This document shows, piece after piece, positions 38,001 through 50,048 of a stretch of 64,000 nucleotides of DNA. Source of the DNA: an uncultured bacterium (GTDB lineage Bacteria > Zhuqueibacterota > QNDG01 > DTFT01); NCBI GenBank assembly GCA_963736115.1, contig CAVTNR010000017.1, positions 1 through 64,000 on the forward strand. The letters run 5' to 3'. Each line of letters begins with the position of its first letter. The stretch's first letter is position 1. Below the pieces are notes generated by a model, which searched no databases, was not told the DNA's origin, and worked only from the letters and a program-made list of their open reading frames with translations. Both the position numbers and the translations under genes were made by a program.

Positions 38001-41000
38001 TCATGGTCCCATGAGCCGTCGGAGCCCGTGATGACCGTGTCGCCATCCGCGAAGGTGATGACCACGCCCGGGATCGGGTTGCCGCCCGGATCCTTCACGA
38101 TGCCCGACAGGAGATGCCGGTTGAGTGTGCATGTGAAGTTCTGCAGAAGATGAGAACGTGAAATGCTCTCCAGTAACCGCTCAGGGGGCGTCCATCCGCC
38201 GTAACCCGTTTTCGCCGCGGTGATTGTCGTCGTGGTGCCGTGCTGGATGAGCGTGGAGTAGAACCCGAGCGAGTTGGTTGTCTCGGTGCGTCCGTCATGA
38301 GAGAAAGTGACGGTGACACCGGAGAGCGGACGACCTTCGCACATCACGAATCCGGAGACCACATAGTTTCGGAGGGTGGCGGTGAAATTCTGAACCTTGT
38401 CGGACTGCACATTCAGCCAGGTTTTCATCATCGGCGAAAAAATGTGACCTTCCTTGAGAGGCGTGATCAGAACGGTCGCGCCCTTGTTGACCGTTTTGGA
38501 ATAGGAGCCGGTCGAATCCGTGACGACGGATCCGCCGCCGCCTCCGGTGAAGGTTACTGTCACGCCGGGAACCGGAACGCCGTCCAGAGTGATGATCCCG
38601 GACAGGACGAAAGTGGTTCGGGTCGCGGTGAAATTCTGAACCTGGTCGGTGATAATATTCGTCCAGCTCTTCGAGACCGGAGTAAAGGCGTATCCGGTCT
38701 TCGTCGGTGTAACCGTCAGATTGGATCCGAAGGGAACGGACTTGGAATAGGCGCCGTCGACTCCGGTCGTCATGGATGTGCCGTCCGAGAAGCTCACCAG
38801 AACGCCGGCCAGCGGTACGCCGCCGGATGTAATCGTTCCGGAGACGAGTTTGGTGTCGAGGGTGCCCGTGAAGTTGACGTTGGGCTTGTCTTCGGTGATG
38901 TTCGTGAAACTGGAGTCCACGGGCCCGAATGTGTAACCGGGCTTGGAGGGCGTCACGGTTTCGTCGGAGCCGTAGGGAGCCTCACGGTCCCATGAGCCGT
39001 CAGAACCCGTGATGACCGTGTCGCCGTCCGAGAATGTGATGACGACTCCCGGAATCGGGTTGCCGCCCGGATCCTTCACGACGCCGGAGAGCAGAAGCTG
39101 AATGCGGACCATGCCCGCGTCCCAGGTCGAATTCGATTCACCCGGGGAGAGGAAGAATGTGACGGTTCTGCCGGTCGACACGTCCGCGTCGCTGTCAATG
39201 GCATCGTCTCCTCCCTGGTCTTGGCTGCTGAATGCGTACCCCGCGGGCAGAACGAACTCAATCCCGTACATTCCTGCCTGCAAATCAGGGAAACTGTACC
39301 GGCCTGAAGCATCGGTTGTCGTTGACCGGAAGAACCCGACGACCGCGGCAGGTGACGCGATTCTGGATTTGCCTGTCGGACTGCCGCCGCCGGCCAGGTA
39401 AAGATTGACGGTGATACCCGGAATCCCGGGCTCGGAAACGTCCTGAATTCCATCTTTGTCCAGATCGTTCCAGACAAAGTCACCGACACTGGACGGCATG
39501 GCTGTCCACTGAGCGTAGAGGGTGGCACCGGACTCGACTGAGTAGGTTCCACCAGCGGTGTAGGAGGTGCCTGAACCATCAGCAGACGTGTTCCAGCCTG
39601 AGAACGCGTAACCGGTCTTGACCAAAGTCCCCTGATCGGAAAGAGTCAGGTCAACGCCATAGGTCTTGGTCTGATCGGCAGGATCGGTTCCGCCGGTCGA
39701 GCCGTTGCCTTCATAAGTCACGGTGTACGTGTCCGCGGTCCACTGGGCGTAGAGAGTGGCTCCTTCTTCAGCGGAATACGTACCGCCAGCGGCATAGGCC
39801 GTTCCTGAACCATCCGCGGCCGTGTTCCAGCCGGAGAACGTATAACCAGTCCTGTCGAGGGTTCCCTGATCGGAGAGAGTCAGGTCAAGGCCAAAGGTCT
39901 TGGTCTGGTCAGCAGGATCGGTTCCGCCGGTCGAGCCGTTGCCTTCGAACGTGACGGTGTAGGTGTCAGCAGTCCAGATGGCAAACAGGTCAAGGTTTGC
40001 GTTGTTGGTGTAGGAGGCGGACTCGGCGTAGGAAGTTCCGGATCCGTCAGCAGCCGTGTTCCACTCGACGAAGGTATACCCTGTGCGGACCAGGGTTCCC
40101 TTGTCGCTGAGGGTCAGGTCCACGCCATGGGTCTTGGTCTGATCGGAAGGCTCGGCGCCTCCAGTGAACCCGTTTCCGTCATAGGTCACGGTGTAGGTGT
40201 CAGCAGTCCACTGGGCGTAGAGCGTGGCTCCGGACTCGACGGAGTACGTGCCGCCTGCGGAGTAAGAGGTGCCTGAACCGTCAGCGGACGTGTTCCAGCC
40301 TGAGAACGTGTAACCAGTCTTGACCAGGGTTCCCTGATCGGAGAGAGTCAGGTCAACGCCATGGGTCTTGGTCTGGTCAGCAGGATCGGTTCCGCCGGTC
40401 GAGCCGTTGCCTTCGAACGTGACAGTGTATGTGTCAGCGGTCCAGATGGCAAACAGGTCGAGGTTCGTGTTGTTGGTGTATGAGGCGGACTCGGCGTAGG
40501 AGTCTCCGGACCCGTCTGCAGTAGTGTTCCACTCGACGAAGGTATACCCTGTGCGAACCAGGGTTCCCTTGTCGTTGAGGGTCAGGTCCACGCCATGGGT
40601 CTTGGTCTGATCGGAAGGCTCGGCGCCTCCAGTGAATCCGTTTCCGTCATAGGTCACGGTGTAGGTGTCAGCGGTCCACTGGGCGTAGAGAGTGGCTCCA
40701 GACTCGACGGAGTAGGTTCCGCCTGCGGAGTAAGAGGTGCCTGAACCGTCAGCAGCCGTGTTCCAGCCTGAGAACGTGTAACCGGTCTTGACCAGGGTTC
40801 CCTGATCGGAGAGAGTCAGGTCCACGCCATGGGTCTTGGTCTGGTCAGCAGGATCGGTGCCGCCTGTGTTGCCGTTGCCTTCGAACGTGACAGTGTAGGT
40901 GTCAGCCGTCCAGATGGCAAACAGGTCAAGGTTCGCGTTGTTGGTGTATGAGGCGGACTCGGCGTAGGAGTCTCCGGACCCGTCTGCAGTAGTGTTCCAC

Positions 41001-44000
41001 TCGACGAAGGTATACCCTGTGCGGACAAGGGTTCCTTTGTCGCTGAGGGTCAAGTCCACGCCGTGGGTCTTGGTCTGATCGGAAGGCTCGGCGCCTCCAG
41101 TGAACCCGTTTCCGTCATAGGTCACGGTGTACGTGTCAGCAGTCCACTGAGCATAGAGCGTGGCGCCGGACTCGACGGAATACGTCCCGCCAGCGGTGTA
41201 GGAGGTGCCTGAACCGTCAGCAGCCGTGTTCCATCCTGAGAACGTGTAGCCGGTCCTGACAAGAGTTCCCTCATCTGAGAGAGTCAGGTCCACGCCATAG
41301 GTCTTGGTCTGGTCAGCAGGATCGGACCCGCCTGTCGAACCGTTGCCTTCGAACGTGACGGTGTAGGTGTCCAGGGTTCCAGTGAAGTCTTGATTCGGCC
41401 GATCTTCAGAAAGTTCTGCCAGCGACCGGTTGATGGGATCGAATGTGTAGCCTGTCTTAGAAGGAGTGATATCAGTCTCTGTGTTGAAGGGAACGCCGGA
41501 CTTGGAGTAGAACCCTGAAGCGTCGGTGGTGACGGTGGACCCGTCATAGGAGAACGTGACCGTGACGCCTGCCAGGGGGTTGGTACCGTCGTCAATCGTA
41601 CCGCTGATAGTGTACGCAATTTCAGTCCACTGTGCATAGAGCGTGGCTCCGGCTTCGGCGGAGTAAGTGCCGCCTGCGGCGTAAGAGGTGCCTGCGCCAT
41701 CCGCGGCCGTGTTCCAGCCTGCGAACGTGTAACCGGTCTTCACCAGGGTGCCCTGATCGGAAAGAGTCAGGTCAACGCCATGGGTCTTGGTCTGATCGGC
41801 AGGATCGGTTCCGCCGGTCGAGCCGTTGCCTTCATAAGTCACGGTGTACGTGTCCGCGGTCCACTGGGCGTAGAGAGTGGCTCCGGACTCGACTGAGTAC
41901 GTGGCTCCTGCGGAGTAAGAGGTACCTGAGCCGTCAGCAGCCGTGTTCCAGCCGGAGAACGTGTAGCCGGTCCTGACAAGAGTTCCCTCATCTGAGAGAG
42001 TCAGGTCCACGCCATAGGTCTTGGTCTGGTCAGCAGGATCGGACCCGCCTGTCGAACCGTTGCCTTCGAACGTGACGGTGTAGGTGTCAGGGGTCCAGTG
42101 AAGTCTTGATTCGGCCGATCTTCAGAAAGTTCTGCCAGCGACCGGTTGATGGGATCGAATGTGTAGCCTGTCTTAGAAGGAGTGATATCAGTCTCTGTGT
42201 TGAAGGGAACGCCGGACTTGGAGTAGAACCCTGAAGCGTCGGTGGTGACGGTGGACCCGTCATAGGAGAACGTGACCGTGACGCCTGCCAGGGGGTTGGT
42301 ACCGTCGTCAATCGTACCGCTGATAGTGTACGCAATTTCAGTCCACTGTGCATAGAGCGTGGCTCCGGACTCGACGGAGTAAGTGCCGCCTGCGGCGTAA
42401 GAGGTGCCTGAGCCATCCGCGGCCGTGTTCCAGCCGGAGAACGTATAACCAGTCCTGTCGAGGGTTCCCTGATCGGAGAGAGTCAGGTCAACGCCATAGG
42501 TCTTGGTCTGATCAGCCGGATCGGTTCCGCCGGTCGAGCCGTTGCCTTCATAAGTCACGGTGTACGTGTCCGCGGTCCACTGGGCGTAGAGAGTGGCTCC
42601 GGACTCGACTGAGTACGTGGCTCCTGCGGAGTAAGAGGTGCCTGAACCGTCAGCGGACGTGTTCCAGCCTGAGAACGTGTAACCGGTCTTGACCAGGGTT
42701 CCCTGATCGGAGAGAGTCAGGTCCACGCCATGGGTCTTGGTCTGGTCAGCAGGATCGGTGCCGCCTGTGTTGCCGTTGCCTTCGAACGTGACGGTGTAGG
42801 TGTCCAGGGTTCCAGTGAAGTCTTGATTCGGCCGATCTTCAGAAAGTTCTGCCAGCGACCGGTTGATGGGATCGAATGTGTAGCCTGTCTTAGAAGGAGT
42901 GATATCAGTCTCTGTGTTGAAGGGAACGCCGGACTTGGAGTAGAACCCTGAAGCGTCGGTGGTGACGGTGGACCCGTCATAGGAGAACGTGACCGTGACG
43001 CCTGCCAGGGGGTTGGTACCGTCGTCAATCGTACCGCTGATAGTGTACGCAATTTCAGTCCACTGTGCATAGAGCGTGGCTCCGGACTCGACGGAGTAAG
43101 TGCCGCCTGCGGCGTAAGAGGTGCCTGAGCCATCCGCGGCCGTGTTCCAGCCGGAGAACGTATAACCAGTCCTGTCGAGGGTTCCCTGATCGGAGAGAGT
43201 CAGGTCAACACCAAAGGTTTTGGTCTGATCGGCAGGATCAGTGCCGTCGGTGTTCCCGTTCCCATCATAGGTGACGGTATACGTGTCAGCAGTCCACTGT
43301 GCATAGAGCGTGGCGCCTTCTTCAGCGGAATACGTACCGCCAGCGGCATAGGCCGTTCCTGAACCATCCGCAGCCGTGTTCCAGCCAGAGAACGTGTACC
43401 CGGTCTTCACCAAAGTTCCCTGATCGGAAAGAGTCAGGTCAACGCCGAACGTCTTGGTCTGGTCGGCAGGATCGGTTCCGCCGGTCGAACCGTTGCCTTC
43501 GAACGTGACAGTGTAGGTGTCAGCCGTCCAGATGGCAAACAGGTCGAGGTTCGTGTTGTTGGTGTAGGAGGCGGACTCGGCGTAGGAAGTTCCGGATCCG
43601 TCAGAAGCAGTGTTCCACTCGACGAAGGTATATCCTGTGCGGACCAAAGTCCCCTTGTCGCTGAGTGTCAGGTCCACGCCATGGGTCTTGGTCTGATCGG
43701 AAGGCTCGGCGCCTCCAGTGAATCCGTTTCCGTCATAGGTCACAGTGTAGGTGTCAGCGGTCCACTGGGCGTAGAGAGTGGCTCCAGACTCGACGGAGTA
43801 GGTTCCGCCTGCGGAGTAAGAGGTGCCTGAACCGTCAGCAGCCGTGTTCCATCCGGAGAACGTGTAACCGGTCCTGACGAGAGTCCCCTCGTCGGAGAGA
43901 GTCAGGTCAACGCCATAGGTCTTGGTCTGATCAGCCGGATCGGTTCCGCCGGTGGAGCCGTTTCCATCATAGGTGACGGTATAGGTATCGGCGGTCCACT

Positions 44001-47000
44001 GTGCATAGAGCGTGGCTCCGGCTTCAGTGGAGTAAGTGGCTCCAGCGACGTAGGCCGTACCAGAACCGTCAGCAGCCGTGTTCCAGCCTGCGAACGTGTA
44101 ACCGGTCTTCACCAGGGTTCCCTGATCGGAAAGAGTCAGGTCAACGCCGAACGTCTTGGTCTGGTCGGCAGGATCGGTTCCGCCGGTCGAACCGTTGCCT
44201 TCGAACGTGACAGTGTATGTGTCAGCGGTCCAGATGGCAAACAGGTCGAGGTTCGTGTTGTTGGTGTAGGAGGCGGACTCGGCGTAGGAAGTGCCGGACC
44301 CGTCAGAAGCCGTGTTCCACTCGACGAAGGTATATCCTGTGCGGACCAAAGTTCCCTTGTCACTGAGGGTCAGGTCCACACCATGCGTTTTGGTCTGATC
44401 GGCCGGGTCGGCGCCTCCAGTGAACCCGTTTCCGTCATAGGTCACGGTGTAGGTGTCTGCGGTCCACTGGGCGTAGAGCGTGGCGCCTTCTTCAGCGGAA
44501 TACGTACCGCCAGCGGCATGGGCAGTGCCTGAACCGTCAGCAGCCGTGTTCCAGCCTGAGAACGTGTACCCGGTCTTGACCAGGGTGCCCTGGTCAGAGA
44601 GCGTCAGGTCAACGCCATAGGTCTTGGTCTGGTCGGCAGGATCGGTTCCGCCGGTCGAGCCGTTGCCTTCGAACGTGACGGTGTAGGTGTCGGCGGTCCA
44701 GATGGCAAACAGGTCAAGGTTGGCGTTGTTGGTGTAGGAAGCGGACTCGGCGTAGGAAGTGCCTGATCCGTCGGATGCCGTGTTCCACTCGACGAAGGTG
44801 TACCCTGTGCGGACCAGGGTACCCTTGTCGCTGAGGGTGAGGTCCACGCCATGGGTCTTGGTCTGATCGGAAGGCTCGGCGCCTCCAGTGAACCCGTTTC
44901 CGTCATAGGTGACGGTGTAGGTATCAGCAGTCCACTGCGCGTAGAGGGTGGCCCCGGACTCGACTGAGTACGTGGCTCCTGCGGCATAGGCCGTTCCTGA
45001 GCCCTCCGCGGCCGTGTTCCAGCCTGAGAACGTGTAACCGGTCTTGACCAAAGTCCCCTGATCGGAAAGAGTCAGGTCAACGCCATGCGTTTTGGTCTGG
45101 TCAACAGGATCGGTTCCGCCTGTGGAGCCGTTGCCTTCATAGGTGACTGTGTAGGTGTCGGCTGTCCAGATCGCAAACAGGTCGAGGTTTGCATTGTTGG
45201 TGTAGGAGGCGGACTCGGCGTAGGAGTCTCCGGATCCATCTGCAACGGTATTCCATTCGGAGAACGTGTGCCCAGTGCGAGTCAAGGTTCCCTTGTCGCT
45301 GAGTATCAGGGCAATGCCATGCGTCTTGGTCTGATCGGCAGGTCCCGTGCCTCCAGTGAACCCGTTTCCGTCATAGGTGACTGTGTAGGTATCAGCAGTC
45401 CACTGAGCGTAGAGCGTGGCGCCTTCTTCAGCGGAGTAAGTCCCGCCGGCGGCATAGGCAGTGCCCGAACCGTCAGCGGCCGTGTTCCATTCTGCGAACG
45501 TGTGGCCTGTCCGGACAAGGGTTCCCTCATCCGAGAGCGTCAGGTCAACGCCGAAGGTCTTGGTCTGATCGGAGGGATCGGTTCCGCCGGTTGAGCCGTT
45601 GCCCTCGAACGTGACGGTGTAAGTGTCGAGAGTTCCGGTGAAATCCTGATTCGGGATGTCTTCGGAAATTTCAGCCAAGGAACGATTGATGGGATCGAAG
45701 GTATATCCTATTTTCGACGGCGTGATCTCCGTTTCCGTATTGAACGGGACTCCGGGCTTGGAGTAGAACCCGGAGGCGTCCGTAGTGACAGTGGATCCGT
45801 CATGGGAGAATGTGACCGTGACACTGGCCAGGGGGTTGGTGCCGTCATCGATTGTGCCGGAGATTGTGTATGTGTTTTCGGTCCACTGGGCGTAGAGCGT
45901 TGCGCCCTCTTCAGCGGAATACGTGCCGCCAGCGGCATAGGCGGTGCCAGAGCCGTCAGCAGACGTGTTCCAGCCTGCGAACGTGTGGCCTGTCCTGACC
46001 AGAGTGCCCTCATCCGAGAGCGTCAGGTCCACGCCATGGGTCTTGGTCTGGTCTGCAGGATCGGTTCCTCCTGTCGAGCCATTGCCTTCATAGGTGACGG
46101 TGTAGGTGTCGGCTGTCCACTGGGCGTAGAGCGTGGCGCCTTCTTCTGCGGAGTACGTTCCGCCCGCGGCATAGGCGGTGCCGGAGCCGTCAGCGGCCGT
46201 GTTCCAGCCTGCGAACGTGTGGCCGGTCCTGACCAAAGTGCCCTGATCGGAGAGAGTCAGGTCCACGCCGTGTGTCTTGGTCTGGTCTGCAGGATCGGTT
46301 CCGCCGGTTGAGCCGTTGCCCTCATAGGTGACTGTGTACGTATTGAGTCCGGTACCCTGAATAGAGAAATTATAGGGATTCTCATCCCCGTCGTCGTTTT
46401 CAATGCTGATCGTTGCTGATCGCGTTCCACTGGCCGAGGGATCGAAACTCACCTGGAATGTCCGGGTTCCGCCGGAAGAAGCGACCGGACTGACGGGCTG
46501 GCTTGTAACCGTAAAATCCCCGGAATGGGTTCCTGAAATCGTCACAATGGGAGATCCGGTCAGAAGAAGATCCGCATCGCCCGTATTCACGATGGTAAAG
46601 GTTCGCACAACGGTGCCGCCTGTCACGGTCGTGGCACCGAAATCCGTGTGATCCGTGGAAGACGGGACGACATCCCCGTTGGAAATGGAAGTCGAATTTC
46701 CCTGTACGTCCATTTCAGGCACGAGCGGATAGGCGCCCGCATCCCATGTATAATCCGTTTCCGCGGCCGACAGGGTGGTTGTGGCGGTTCCTCCCGTGGA
46801 GGCGTTCGCGTCACTGTCCGCCGCGTCGTCTGCCCCCTGATCCTGCGGACTGAAGGCGTAGCCGGAGGGAAGGCCGGAGAAAATGAGGTAATAATCACCC
46901 GGAGCCAGTCCGGTGAACGCGAAAGTGCCGTCGCTTGCCGTGGTCGCGGATGATCCGATCTGTGTCCCGGATCCGTTGTACAGGGTGACCACAACGCCCG

Positions 47001-48234
47001 AGAGGCCCCCTTCGCCCGCATCCTGAATTCCATCTCGGTCCAGGTCTTCGAATACCTTGTCTCCGATATTGGCCAGGGAACCGGAGGGAAGATAGGCGCC
47101 TGCGTCCTGAAAATCGTTGTTGTCGCCGAGGTTCAGCGTGAAGGTGCCCGTCCTTCCCGTGACCGGGCTGACGTCGCTGTCCAGCGCGTCGTCGCCGCCC
47201 TGATTCTGGGCCGTGAACTGCCAGCTCGAAGGAAGGGTCGAGAATTCCAGATAGTATTCGCCGGGGATGATGTTGGTGTAGGCATAAAGCCCGTTGGAAT
47301 CCGTAGTGCGCGTCCCGATCAGGGAGTTGCCCGTCGTGTACAGCTTTACCGTGACATTCTGGACGCCCGCTTCACCCGCATCCTGTATGCCGTCATTGTC
47401 CGTATCGTTCCAGACCCGATTCCCGACCGAGGCGGAACCGGCAAAGGGGGAAGCGGCCAGGGGGCAGGACGCCGCATCGTTCACCGAGAGTCCGCTTTGC
47501 CCGGTGCCCACGTAAACGGAGGAGCCGGTGGTAATGTTGATCTTGTAAAGCCGTCCGCTCGTATTGTTGCCGACGTACAGATAGTTGTCATTGGCGGTCC
47601 AAGAGGCGCCCCACTGGTTTCCGTTGCCCGGATCGGTCTCCAGGGATCCGGTGATATCCACCGTCCAGACCGCGCCGGTACTCGGGTTGAGTCCGTACAC
47701 AACCGCGCTCGTACCGCTGTTGTGTACGCCGTACAGGTTCCCGTCCGCGGCCATATAAGCGCCGTCCAGGGCCTGGAAATTCGAGCTGAGCGCGCGCGTG
47801 GTGACGGCCCCGGTCGAGAGATTCACGATGTACAATGTGGAGGCCGACATCGACATGTAGTTGTTGCTCAGATCGCAGTCGCCGCGGACATTGCCGCTGG
47901 CAAGCGGCCGGAAGCCGGTGTCCGTGAAGTTGCCGGCGGCGTCCATCTTCCAGATGCGGTATGGAGAGGCCTGGTCCTGGAAATACAGATATCCGTCCGC
48001 GTTGTTGTAGGCCGCCGCGTTCAGGCTCCTGCCGAATGTCGCGATAGTCTGATACGTGAACGGGTTCGTGCTCGCATCGAGGCGGGATACGATGCCCGAA
48101 CTGGTGTAAATGTGGAAAAAATTGGGCAGGCAGGAATATCCCTGGGCCGCCACCGGATTCGGGTTCAGAAGGGAAATGAGCGCGGCCATCAGAAGCCAGA
48201 CGGCCAACAGGTTGAAACGGAACGGATTACGCAT
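35075..48234 (-). CDS. Giant secreted repeat adhesin, about 4390 aa when rejoined: DUF6923-like head, SdrD-B, choice-of-anchor D, ~25 InlB-B repeats, carboxypeptidase-regulatory-like Ig repeats, GH99-like domain, FN3, T9SS-type CTD; 1-nt frameshift near 42090
   Basis: Signal peptide after MRNPF; GNRVWNDTDNDGIQD SdrD motifs; YTVTxxGNG...GYTFxGWNT...LYAQW repeats; terminal NYPNPFNP...LASGVYF...RMLLVK; ORFs 42001-48294 and 35075-42010 join inside a repeat. Confidence 0.85.
39500..46340 (-). repeat. Coding tandem array: ~25 units of ~234 nt (two subtypes) with 4 Ig spacers
   Basis: Subtype A ends TLYAQW, subtype B ends NLDLFAIW; spacers near 41370, 42090 and 42805 appear near-identical at DNA level, the one near 45630 is diverged. 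Confidence 0.9.
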
Positions 48235-48437
48235 GGATCTCCCCTGCCTTGATGTAGGTGTGTTTTCTTTCAGAAGCATTGGTTGAAAATTCATTCACCA
48301 AATTCGAGTACGGACATGGAATGTATTGTTCAAAAGAAGGATAATGCTGATTTGAACCCTGAACGGGGAAGTCGAAAGGCGAGGGGTTCCCATGACAGGA
48401 ACACTCGGAGAGGATGTTGCCGGGAATATGATTCATC

Positions 48438-48848
48438 TCATTCCCTCATTTTCTCTGTCAGGATAATCTCGCAGGTTTGAACGCAGGCAGGCTGTTCTAC
48501 GAAAAGAGGGGCTCTTTCGCGTTCGATGCCGGCGCGTACCGGATCAGAGACCCATATACGATGATACAGTCTGTCCTTCATGACAAATCGGTATTCTTTC
48601 TTGTCGCTCCGGTACTTGTTCGTGATCGGGGTAATCGGGACGTTATTACCGCTCTGGTTCAAATGAAGATCCCAGAAATTATTGACACCGGACAGAGCAG
48701 GTTTCGGCCGGAGCGGTCCGGAATCGGATTCACCGGACAGTGATATTTCATCCATGCAAATGGAATTGACAGGGGCTTCCATTGCAAGAATACCAATGCA
48801 ACTCAATAGGAATAATCCAAAAAGAATAATTTGAATTTTTCTTGTCAT
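48438..48848 (-). CDS. Hypothetical exported protein
   Basis: Signal-like N-terminus MTRKIQIILFGLFLLSC; lies between AT-rich promoter region and adhesin; no recognised domain. Confidence 0.35.
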   Translation of the reverse strand: MTRKIQIILFGLFLLSCIGILAMEAPVNSICMDEISLSGESDSGPLRPKPALSGVNNFWDLHLNQSGNNVPITPITNKYRSDKKEYRFVMKDRLYHRIWVSDPVRAGIERERAPLFVEQPACVQTCEIILTEKMRE

Positions 48849-49038
48849 CTTAATTGTTGTATTTAATATAATTAATTGTTAAAAATGGTTAATTTAATTT
48901 TGGAATGATTCCTATTATTATTGAATCGAATAGTCCTATAAATTCAATATAAACATATAATTCATTTTTTCAGGGATAAGATGCTTTTTTCATTTTAGAA
49001 TGATTTTATCAATAATTCCATTCAATAATCCTCTATTC

Positions 49039-49054
49039 TCAATTTGCATGCCAA
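49039..49054 (-). promoter_or_regulatory. Possible sigma54 (-24/-12) promoter facing the adhesin
   Basis: Minus strand TTGGCAT-GCAAA-TTGA versus TGGCAC-N5-TTGC. Confidence 0.45.
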
Positions 49055-49147
49055 TTACACCGATGGATAATATGTTCAAGTCTGTTATGTGGCACAAAGT
49101 GCCGTTGTTTACGATGGAATCCTGTCCACTGATTTCTATATAAAAGA

Positions 49148-49180
49148 AAACCTCCCGGAAGCTGAGAGTCTCCGGGAGGT
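49148..49180. repeat. Repeated hairpin family, copy 2
   Basis: aaacctcccgga...tccgggaggt downstream of minus-strand gene. Confidence 0.6.
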
Positions 49181-49209
49181 CGAATAAAGTGATACGATAT
49201 GAAACGGGA

Positions 49210-49875
49210 TTATTTTATCAGCAGCATGCGCTCCATCACCCTGAATTCCCCGGCATTGAGGACCGCCAGATAGACCCCTCCAGCCAGGTTTGAAGCATCG
49301 AAATTCAGGGTGTGTGAACCCGCGGACCGCCTTTCATCCAGCAGAACCGAGATACTCCGCCCCCGGACGTCGAGCACATGGAGGGAAACATGCATATCCC
49401 TGGGCAATTCAAACCGGATAGCGGTATACGGATTGAATGGATTCGGGAAATTGGGATGGAGAACAGGCCGCAAGGGAAGCGCCGCTCCATTTCTGTATTC
49501 CACCGCGCTCGGGGGTTTGCTGGTGGACGTGCCCGGATTGGTGACGGACGCGTATACTCCCGGCGCAGGGCTCCCAGTGGTCCAGGCCCCGGACGGATCC
49601 TGCAATTCAATCCCGTTCGAGAACCCATCCCCATCCGAATCGAGGTCGGCGAGGCCTGCTCCCCAGATCACGTTACCGTTCGAATTCACCTCAGTCAGGT
49701 ATCCGGATTGGATCGCCAGGCCGAAACTGTTTCTCGGCCCGCCCTGGCCGTTATGGCAATTGCCGCAGGTGAACTTGGCGCCGTTGGGGATTTGGTTGAC
49801 GCGTTTTTCCCGAGCAATTCCATTAATATAGAACATGGAAACAGCCAGGCCAATTAAAAACATACGCTTAAGCAT
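49210..49875 (-). CDS. Small secreted protein: CxxCH motif in temptin-like domain plus T9SS-type CTD
   Basis: RBS GAGGAGG; signal peptide; CGNCH, GGPRNSFG, DSDGDGFSNGIELQDP; NFPNPFNP...RMLLIK. Confidence 0.8.
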   Translation of the reverse strand: MLKRMFLIGLAVSMFYINGIAREKRVNQIPNGAKFTCGNCHNGQGGPRNSFGLAIQSGYLTEVNSNGNVIWGAGLADLDSDGDGFSNGIELQDPSGAWTTGSPAPGVYASVTNPGTSTSKPPSAVEYRNGAALPLRPVLHPNFPNPFNPYTAIRFELPRDMHVSLHVLDVRGRSISVLLDERRSAGSHTLNFDASNLAGGVYLAVLNAGEFRVMERMLLIK

Positions 49876-49990
49876 TTCCCGTTCCTCCTCTTTGTCTACG
49901 GAAAACTTCGGATGCAGGATTTCGATCATGAAAAAATCTGGAAATAATAATGAATTTTCGGGAAAAACGCAAACGATTTCATTCTGTAAA

Positions 49991-50023
49991 AAAACCTCCC
50001 GGAGGCATGAAGCCTTCGGGAGG
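49991..50023. repeat. Repeated hairpin family, copy 3
   Basis: aaaacctcccggaggc-atga-agccttcgggagg downstream of barrel gene. Confidence 0.6.
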
Positions 50024-50048
50024 CGGAAGGTCCCGGGGGGAATCGGGG

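Noticed and set aside
39500-46340. Long repeat array as CRISPR
   Set aside because: Units are ~234-nt in-frame protein repeats with no unique spacers; no cas genes.
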